In this document: one piece after another, positions 25,836-32,000 of the stretch
Layout: each line of letters begins with the position of its first letter
Numbering within the stretch: position 1 is the first letter of the stretch
From: Vibrio vulnificus CMCP6
GTDB lineage: Bacteria; Pseudomonadota; Gammaproteobacteria; Enterobacterales; Vibrionaceae
Direction: 5' to 3'
Length of the DNA stretch: 32,000 nt
Assembly (NCBI RefSeq): GCF_000039765.1
Contig: NC_004460.2
Span: 180,001-212,000, forward strand
Translations under genes and position numbers: made by a program
The notes under the pieces: model-generated
Seen by the model: the letters and a program-made list of their open reading frames with translations, nothing else
Databases searched by the model: none
What the model was told of the DNA's origin: nothing

Positions 25836-28700
25836 TTACTCTTCGTAGTTCTCAATGCCTGGGCATGAGCAAACTAGGTTACGGTCACCGTAGACGTTGT
25901 CTACACGGTTCACGGTTGGCCAGTATTTAGAACGCTTAGTCGCAGCAGATGGGAAGCACGCGATTTCACGTGGGTATGGGCGATCCCATTGCTCTTCCAT
26001 TAGGTCTACTTGCGTGTGTGGCGCGTTAACCAGAGGGTTGTTCTCTAGTGGCCATTCACCGTTCTTCACTTTGGTCATCTCTTCGCGGATGGCGATCATC
26101 GCGTCACAGAAACGATCTAGCTCTTCCAGATCTTCCGATTCCGTTGGCTCTACCATCAGTGTGCCTGCCACAGGGAACGACATGGTTGGCGCGTGGAAAC
26201 CGTAGTCCATCAAACGTTTTGCAATGTCTTCTTCGCTGATGCCTGTTTCTTCTTTCAGCGGACGAATATCGATAATACATTCGTGCGCCACGCGGCCATT
26301 GGTGCCACGGTAAAGAACAGGGTAGTGCGGGCGTAGACGCTCCATCACGTAGTTCGCGTTCAAAATCGCCACTTTGGTTGCTTCTGTTAGGCCATCTGCG
26401 CCCATCATGGCAATGTAAGCCCAAGAGATTGGCAGAATTGATGCACTGCCGAGATCCGCTGCCGAAACTGCAAACTCTTTACCTTCTACACCGTTTTCGA
26501 TGTGACCAGGTAGGAAAGGTGCTAGGTGCGATTTCACACCGATAGGACCCATACCCGGACCGCCACCACCGTGTGGGATACAGAAGGTTTTGTGTAGGTT
26601 AAGGTGCGAAACGTCTGAACCGATAAAGCCCGGAGACGTTAGGCCAACCTGCGCGTTCATGTTTGCGCCATCAAGATAAACCTGACCGCCAGCCGCGTGA
26701 ACCATTTCGCACACTTCTTTCACTTGCTCTTCGTAAACGCCGTGCGTTGAAGGATACGTGATCATGATACTTGATAGGTTTTCTTGGTGTTTTTCGATTT
26801 TCGCAGCAAGGTCGACAAGGTCGATGTTGCCGTTTTCATCACATTTCACCACCACCACTTTCATTGAAACCATCGCAGCCGTTGCTGGGTTGGTGCCGTG
26901 CGCGGAGCTTGGGATCAAACACACGTTGCGGTGACCTTCGCCACGGCTTTCGTGGTAACGCTGAATCGCGATAAGGCCAGCGTATTCGCCAGAAGCACCC
27001 GAGTTTGGTTGTAGTGAGAACGCATCGTAGCCAGTGATTTCACACAGCTTCGCTTTGAGATCTTCAGCCAGTGCAGTGTAACCCGCAGCTTGCTCGATAG
27101 GCGCGAATGGGTGAAGCGCACCAAACTCAGGCCAAGTTACAGGGATCATCTCTGCGGCGGCGTTGAGCTTCATGGTACAGCTGCCCAGTGGGATCATGCC
27201 GTGAGTAAGCGAGAAGTCTTTGTTTTCTAGCTGTTTTAGGTAACGCATCATCTGTGTTTCACTGTGGTGAGTGTTGAACACAGGGTGAGTGAGGAAACGG
27301 CTAGTACGACGACACGCTTCTGGAATTGCGGCAAACTCGTTGCCTGCGATGTCGGTTGAAAGTGCGTTTACGCTCTCTTTCACATCGAAAATTGCGAATA
27401 GGGCGTCGATGTCTGCCACGGTAGTGGTTTCGTCAAAGCTGATGCCGATTTGGCCGTCAAGCAGACGCAGGTTGATGTCTGCCGCTTGTGCTTTGGCGTA
27501 AAGCGCTTGAGTGTTGTCACCAGTGTTGATGGTGATGGTGTCGAAGAACGCGTTATGCGCAAGCTCGTAACCGGATTTGGTTAGGCCAGCAGCAAGAATA
27601 GCCGTCATGTGGTGAGTGCGGCGCGCGATGGTGCGGATACCTACTTCACCGTGGTACACGGCAAAGAACGATGCCATGTTGGCAAGCAGTGCCTGTGCCG
27701 TACAGATGTTCGAGGTCGCTTTCTCGCGGCGGATATGCTGCTCACGTGTTTGCATTGCCATGCGCAGTGCTTGGTTGCCTTTGGCGTCGATAGAAACACC
27801 GATCACACGGCCTGGCATGGTGCGTTTGTGCTGTTCGCGCGTTGCCATGAATGCTGCGTGTGGGCCACCGTAACCCATAGGTACGCCAAAGCGTTGTGCT
27901 GAGCCAATGACAACATCTGCACCCATTTCGCCGGCTGGCTTCACAAGTGCAGAAGCAAGGAGATCGGTAGCAACTGAAACCAGTGTCTTGTTGGCTTGTG
28001 CTTGCGTGATGACATCGGTGAGATCGCGTACTTCGCCCGTTGTGCTTGGGTATTGAAGTAGGGCACCGAACGCTTCTGTTTGTGGGAGTGAATCAACATT
28101 GCCGATCACTACGTCAAAGCCGAAGTATTTTGCGCGAGTTTTGATCACTTCAATGGTTTGTGGGTGAACATCGTCTGCCACGAAGAAGACTTTGCTCTTG
28201 CTCTTACCAGCGCGCTGGCAAAGCGTCATCGCTTCTGCTGCTGCGGTGGCTTCATCGAGTAGAGAGGCGTTTGCGATGTCCATGCCCGTTAGGTCCATCA
28301 CCATTTGTTGATAGTTCAACAATGATTCCAATCGACCTTGAGAAATTTCTGGTTGGTATGGCGTGTAAGCCGTGTACCAGCCTGGGTTTTCCAGTACGTT
28401 ACGCAAAATAACGTTTGGCGTGAAGGTGTTGTAGTAACCTTGGCCAATGAAAGTGCGCTTAACTTGGTTTAAATCAGCGAACTTTTTGATCGATGCCAGC
28501 ATGTCTGCTTCGCTCTGTGCTTCTGCCAGTTGCATTGGCTTTTCAAGGCGAATTTGTGCTGGAACGGTTTGTGCGATCAAGGCATCTAGGCTTTCTGCGT
28601 TAATGGTAGAAAGCATTTTTTGTTGATCGGCGTGGTTTGGTCCGTTGTGGCGACCAACGAACTCGTGTTGTGTGTTGAGGCTTTGAAGTAATTCAGTCAT
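25836..28700 (-). CDS. gcvP: Glycine dehydrogenase (decarboxylating), glycine cleavage system P protein
   Basis: 954 aa, the single-chain P protein. Hallmark stretches are [14 protein letters not shown] and [17 protein letters not shown] (PLP-Lys region). Confidence 0.95.
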   Translation of the reverse strand: MTELLQSLNTQHEFVGRHNGPNHADQQKMLSTINAESLDALIAQTVPAQIRLEKPMQLAEAQSEADMLASIKKFADLNQVKRTFIGQGYYNTFTPNVILRNVLENPGWYTAYTPYQPEISQGRLESLLNYQQMVMDLTGMDIANASLLDEATAAAEAMTLCQRAGKSKSKVFFVADDVHPQTIEVIKTRAKYFGFDVVIGNVDSLPQTEAFGALLQYPSTTGEVRDLTDVITQAQANKTLVSVATDLLASALVKPAGEMGADVVIGSAQRFGVPMGYGGPHAAFMATREQHKRTMPGRVIGVSIDAKGNQALRMAMQTREQHIRREKATSNICTAQALLANMASFFAVYHGEVGIRTIARRTHHMTAILAAGLTKSGYELAHNAFFDTITINTGDNTQALYAKAQAADINLRLLDGQIGISFDETTTVADIDALFAIFDVKESVNALSTDIAGNEFAAIPEACRRTSRFLTHPVFNTHHSETQMMRYLKQLENKDFSLTHGMIPLGSCTMKLNAAAEMIPVTWPEFGALHPFAPIEQAAGYTALAEDLKAKLCEITGYDAFSLQPNSGASGEYAGLIAIQRYHESRGEGHRNVCLIPSSAHGTNPATAAMVSMKVVVVKCDENGNIDLVDLAAKIEKHQENLSSIMITYPSTHGVYEEQVKEVCEMVHAAGGQVYLDGANMNAQVGLTSPGFIGSDVSHLNLHKTFCIPHGGGGPGMGPIGVKSHLAPFLPGHIENGVEGKEFAVSAADLGSASILPISWAYIAMMGADGLTEATKVAILNANYVMERLRPHYPVLYRGTNGRVAHECIIDIRPLKEETGISEEDIAKRLMDYGFHAPTMSFPVAGTLMVEPTESEDLEELDRFCDAMIAIREEMTKVKNGEWPLENNPLVNAPHTQVDLMEEQWDRPYPREIACFPSAATKRSKYWPTVNRVDNVYGDRNLVCSCPGIENYEE

Positions 28701-28754
28701 GGTCCTTTACCTTCAAGAGAGCTGAGAAAGCGCGAACGCTAAAAACACAGCCTT

Positions 28755-28785
28755 GAAAAAAAGCTGCCCACGGGAGGAGGCAGCT
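28755..28785 (-). terminator. Intra-operon terminator/attenuator hairpin between gcvH and gcvP
   Basis: On the minus strand, AGCTGCC-TCCTCCCGTG-GGCAGCT is followed by T7. It lies in the 104-nt gcvH-gcvP spacer. Confidence 0.55.
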
Positions 28786-28804
28786 TTATATCAAAATTCC
28801 TTTA

Positions 28805-29185
28805 TTAATCTTCTTCGATTGAGTTTAGGTACTCTTCTGCATCTTTCAGATTATCAAGCTCTGAAGGATCAGACAGTTTCACCTTAACAATCCAACCGCC
28901 TTCGTACGGTTCCTCGTTGATTAGCTCTGGGCTATCAGAAAGCTCTTCATTCACTTCAACGACTTCACCGGTTACTGGTGCGTAGATGTCTGACGCCGCT
29001 TTTACGGATTCAACCAGTGAAAAGCTTTCACCTGCTTCGATTTCCGCTTCAAGCTCAGGTAGCTCGACGAATACCACATCACCCAGCATTTCTTGAGCGT
29101 GCTCAGAGATACCGATAGTTACAGTGCCGTCACCGTTGTCGCGAACCCACTCGTGGCTTTCTGTAAACTTCAGTGTTTTGTCCAT
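28805..29185 (-). CDS. gcvH: Glycine cleavage system H protein (lipoyl carrier)
   Basis: 126 aa. [21 protein letters not shown] contains the lipoyl-lysine motif. By eye it is collinear with E. coli GcvH. Confidence 0.95.
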   Translation of the reverse strand: MDKTLKFTESHEWVRDNGDGTVTIGISEHAQEMLGDVVFVELPELEAEIEAGESFSLVESVKAASDIYAPVTGEVVEVNEELSDSPELINEEPYEGGWIVKVKLSDPSELDNLKDAEEYLNSIEED

Positions 29186-29227
29186 TGCATAATCTCCAAA
29201 ATATCGTATTAGGATTTAAATTTGTGG

Positions 29228-30544
29228 TTACTGGTAAAGTGGGAAGCGTGAACAGAGTGCTTTTACTTCTTTACGCACGCGTTGTTCTACTTCTGCGTTG
29301 CCCTCTGGGTTTTCAACTAACCCATCGAGAACATCACCAATCCAGTGACCTATTAATTTGAATTCTTCTGCGCCAAAGCCTCGGCTTGTACCCGCTGGCG
29401 TGCCCAAACGAACACCCGATGTAATCATAGGTTTTTCTGTGTCGAATGGGATGCCATTTTTGTTACATGTGATCCCCGCACGCTCTAGTGCTTCTTCTGC
29501 TTTGTTACCTTTCAATCCCTTAGGACGAAGATCAACCAGCATTAGGTGCGTGTCCGTTCCGCCAGTCACAATGTCACAACCGCGAGTTTGCAACACTTCA
29601 GCAAGAACTTTTGCGTTATCGATCACCGAATCGATATAAGTTTTGAACTCAGGGCCGAGTGCTTCGCCAAACGCCACTGCTTTCGCTGCAATCACGTGCA
29701 TCAGCGGGCCGCCTTGTAGGCCAGGGAATACCGCAGAGTTGATTTTCTTAATGATTTCTTCGTGATTGGTGAGGATCATGCCGCCGCGTGGGCCGCGTAG
29801 CGTTTTGTGTGTGGTGGTGGTCACCACGTGTGCATGAGGCAGTGGGCTAGGGTGTGCGCCTGTGGCGATCAAACCCGCGATGTGCGCCATATCGACCATC
29901 AAAATCGCGCCAACTTCGTCAGCGATTTCACGGAACTTGGCAAAATCAATCACGCGAGGAATCGCGCTGCCACCAGCAATAATCATTTTTGGTTTGTGTT
30001 CTACCGCCAGTGCGCGAACATCATCGTAGTTGATTTCGAGCGTCTCTTTATCAACGCCGTATTGAACGGCGTTAAACCATTTGCCCGAAAGAGCAGGGCG
30101 TGCACCGTGAGTTAAGTGGCCACCTGCATCGAGCGACATGCCCATAATGGTGTCGCCAGGTTGCAATAGCGCCAGTTTCACCGCGCCGTTGGCTTGAGCG
30201 CCAGAGTGCGGTTGAACGTTTGCGTATTCGCAATTAAAAAGTTTTTTCGCGCGTTCGATAGCGATGGCTTCCACGGTATCAACGTGTTCACAACCACCGT
30301 AGTAACGACGACCTGGGTAACCTTCTGCGTATTTATTGGTGAGGCAGGTGCCTTGCGCTTGCATGACCGCTTTAGACACGATGTTCTCAGAAGCGATCAA
30401 TTCGATTTGTTCATTTTGACGTGTAAATTCGGCTTGAATACCAGCAAAAACGGCATCATCCGTTGCAGACAAGTTAGTCGAGAAAAAGTTTTCCAAGCTG
30501 TGATTTTGGTAATGACTATTCATGGTAGATAACCTTTCAATCAT
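29228..30544 (-). CDS. glyA: Serine hydroxymethyltransferase
   Basis: 438-aa track ORF; an alternative start is MNSHYQ at 30523. Motifs [22 protein letters not shown] and [16 protein letters not shown] (PLP-Lys) are present. Confidence 0.9.
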   Translation of the reverse strand: MIERLSTMNSHYQNHSLENFFSTNLSATDDAVFAGIQAEFTRQNEQIELIASENIVSKAVMQAQGTCLTNKYAEGYPGRRYYGGCEHVDTVEAIAIERAKKLFNCEYANVQPHSGAQANGAVKLALLQPGDTIMGMSLDAGGHLTHGARPALSGKWFNAVQYGVDKETLEINYDDVRALAVEHKPKMIIAGGSAIPRVIDFAKFREIADEVGAILMVDMAHIAGLIATGAHPSPLPHAHVVTTTTHKTLRGPRGGMILTNHEEIIKKINSAVFPGLQGGPLMHVIAAKAVAFGEALGPEFKTYIDSVIDNAKVLAEVLQTRGCDIVTGGTDTHLMLVDLRPKGLKGNKAEEALERAGITCNKNGIPFDTEKPMITSGVRLGTPAGTSRGFGAEEFKLIGHWIGDVLDGLVENPEGNAEVEQRVRKEVKALCSRFPLYQ

Positions 30545-30772
30545 CCGTCGAATCGGCGTCTTTGCTTTACGATCCGACCGTCCTTTATAACAACCGTTTG
30601 GCGCTGTTTTTGTGATTTGTTTTCACACACCAAACAGAGTGAATTCCGTCCCAAATGGGTTCAAAAGGCCGCTGAATAGCATCAAATCCATTGTCTATTT
30701 CAAGCGGAAAAAGCATCTCTTCATCTAACAAGTCGGTAACATACCCGTTGTTCAGTGAACAATCAACAAAAA

Positions 30773-30786
30773 TTTCCTATAGGAAA
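30773..30786. promoter_or_regulatory. Perfect 14-bp palindrome TTTCCTATAGGAAA in the glyA / XRE-cupin divergent region (candidate operator)
   Basis: The sequence is self-complementary. The 13-mer AAATTTCCTATAG recurs at 31546-31558, upstream of gcvT. Confidence 0.35.
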
Positions 30787-30906
30787 CAGAGATTCGGATT
30801 TTGTTAACAGGAGCACGCTTTATTTAACTTGGTGGACTTTTCTCCACTTTACGCTTCATGCACAATGTTTTGTAAACAGGAAGCGTATAAGAAACATGAG
30901 GGATTT

Positions 30907-31530
30907 ATGTCGGAAGAATTGTATGACGAGTACCCGTCCCTGACATTAGCGAAAGAATCGCAAGAGCAAAATATCGAGCCATTGAAGCTTGGCCAACGCA
31001 TTAAAGAAGTGCGCTCACGCCTCGGTATTACGCTTGAAGAAGCCAGCCAACGAACCGGTTTGGCGCGTTCAACACTGAGCAAAATCGAGAACGAACAGAT
31101 TTCTCCTACCTTTCAAGCAATGCAGAAACTCGCGCACGGTTTGAAAATTGATATGCCACAACTCTTTGAACCGCCAAGAAAAAAGGTTGCAACTGGACGT
31201 CGTGATATTACGTTGGCAGGGCAAGGAAAACCACACCCAACACAAACTTACGAGCACGAACTGTTGGCCACTCAGCTGTCGAATAAAAAGATGATGCCGT
31301 TCAAAAGTGTGGTGCATGCGCGCACGTTTGAAGAGTATGGCGATTGGGTTCGTCACGATGGCGAAGAGTTCTTGCTGATCTTATCTGGCGCGGTGCAATT
31401 CTATTCTGAGTTCTATGAGCCTGTGGTTCTGAGCGAAGGGGACAGCGTCTATTACGATGCGAACATGGGGCATATGTTGGTCTCCGTTAGTGAGGAAGAT
31501 GCGCACATTTTGTGGGTGACAGCAAAATAG
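30907..31530 (+). CDS. XRE-family HTH + cupin domain transcriptional regulator
   Basis: The ATG at 30907 has a GAGGGA RBS (track ORF 30829..31530). HTH: LGQRIKEVRSRLGITLEEASQRTGLARSTLSKIENEQ. The C-terminal cupin-like region is HDGEEFLLILSGAV...GDSVYYDANMGH. Confidence 0.8.
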   Translation: MSEELYDEYPSLTLAKESQEQNIEPLKLGQRIKEVRSRLGITLEEASQRTGLARSTLSKIENEQISPTFQAMQKLAHGLKIDMPQLFEPPRKKVATGRRDITLAGQGKPHPTQTYEHELLATQLSNKKMMPFKSVVHARTFEEYGDWVRHDGEEFLLILSGAVQFYSEFYEPVVLSEGDSVYYDANMGHMLVSVSEEDAHILWVTAK

Positions 31531-31598
31531 TTTTAAAAAGATGTAAATTTCCTATAGTGAAAGCAAACGTTTGCTTTTGTTTGAAACAAGATTAGAAT

Positions 31599-31641
31599 AG
31601 CGCCGCTCTGATGATAATTCCGTCAATGCGGCGCTTTTTTG
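31599..31641 (+). terminator. Rho-independent terminator-like hairpin
   Basis: AGCGCCGC-(21-nt loop)-GCGGCGCT followed by T6. It is preceded at 31559-31580 by a second palindrome, AAGCAAACGTTTGCTT, plus a T-rich run. Confidence 0.55.
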
Positions 31642-31819
31642 TGGCTGCTTAATGTGATTAAATTGTTAAAAGTCACATTTTGAGCAGGACCCAGTAGGTT
31701 GAACGTGCAAATTAGCACAACACATGTTTATTATTGGAAACACAGTTTCCTTTGAGTGGAAATCTGGACAATTAATTGCTGATAGATCGCTGTGATGGGT
31801 CTAGCTAATGGAGACGAAA

Positions 31820-32000
31820 ATGACTCAAGAACAATCAGACCAAGTACTACTTAAAACACCACTTCACGCATTGCACATTGAAGTGGGTGCGAAAATGGTG
31901 CCATTCGCTGGTTACGACATGCCAGTTCAATACCCGTTAGGTGTGAAGAAAGAACACTTGCACACGCGTGAAGCGGCAGGCCTGTTTGATGTGTCTCACA
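31820..32000 (+). CDS. gcvT: Aminomethyltransferase, glycine cleavage system T protein (partial, N-terminus)
   Basis: My translation gives [60 protein letters not shown], the typical GcvT N-terminus. GGAG RBS. The ORF runs off the window end. Confidence 0.9.
   Translation, partial: MTQEQSDQVLLKTPLHALHIEVGAKMVPFAGYDMPVQYPLGVKKEHLHTREAAGLFDVSH

Noticed and set aside
25897-28411. Numerous 60-106-aa track ORFs inside or antisense to gcvP (e.g. 25897..26205, 26104..26424, 27609..27902)
   Set aside because: They are shadow ORFs within a strongly supported 954-aa gene and have low-complexity, Arg/Ser/Cys-rich translations. The same reasoning applies to nested ORFs inside the emrAB-like, ABC, MFS, Fic, VRR-NUC and glyA genes.
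30545-30906. Glycine, ZTP or THF riboswitch upstream of glyA
   Set aside because: I read both strands for the conserved cores (glycine: GGAGAG...CACCG...GGGGCAA-type; ZTP: ...CCGCCTGGGCA-type) and found none. A covariance-model scan (Rfam) would be the decisive test.
31531-31819. Tandem glycine riboswitch upstream of gcvT
   Set aside because: No GGAGAG/CACCGAAGG-type cores are present. The region instead contains two terminator-like hairpins and the TTTCC/GGAAA motifs.

Overview
The window looks like Vibrio-type gammaproteobacterial chromosome; this is inferred from the protein sequences and from the glyA-gcvH-gcvP / XRE-cupin / gcvT layout, with no search run. Most of it is ordinary gene content: a partial alkaline-phosphatase-superfamily (NPP/PafA-like) enzyme, a Cys-less FGE-fold lipoprotein, a radical-SAM anaerobic sulfatase-maturase-like enzyme, a TPR/HEAT protein, a FAN1-like VRR-NUC nuclease, an OFA-type MFS transporter, an EmrAB-type efflux pair, a class-II Fic protein, a LysR/AhpD-like divergent pair, a C-N hydrolase, an ANT-like nucleotidyltransferase, an ABC exporter and the glycine-cleavage cluster. 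Two accessory elements stand out. (1) A complete 1,428-bp IS4-family element (9060-10487) has a 12-bp target duplication and inserted exactly into the apex of a bidirectional terminator hairpin. (2) A visibly AT-rich mosaic of about 4.3 kb (about 21.5-25.8 kb) lies between the ABC exporter and the gcvP terminator. It carries a decayed AbiEi/AbiEii module and an intact 622-aa P-loop kinase-like + dCMP/cytidine-deaminase fusion (AvcD/DcdV or defensive dCTP-deaminase architecture). That fusion appears co-transcribed with an unassigned 69-aa acidic ORF and is preceded by a ~360-bp non-coding leader. The mosaic also holds two head-to-head 5'-truncated gene fragments (T5orf172-like and UvrD-like helicase C-terminus), bracketed by a duplicated copy of the gcvP terminator. 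The deaminase locus is the strongest candidate for an unusual nucleotide-depletion anti-phage system. All function calls rest on motifs read by eye from the translations.
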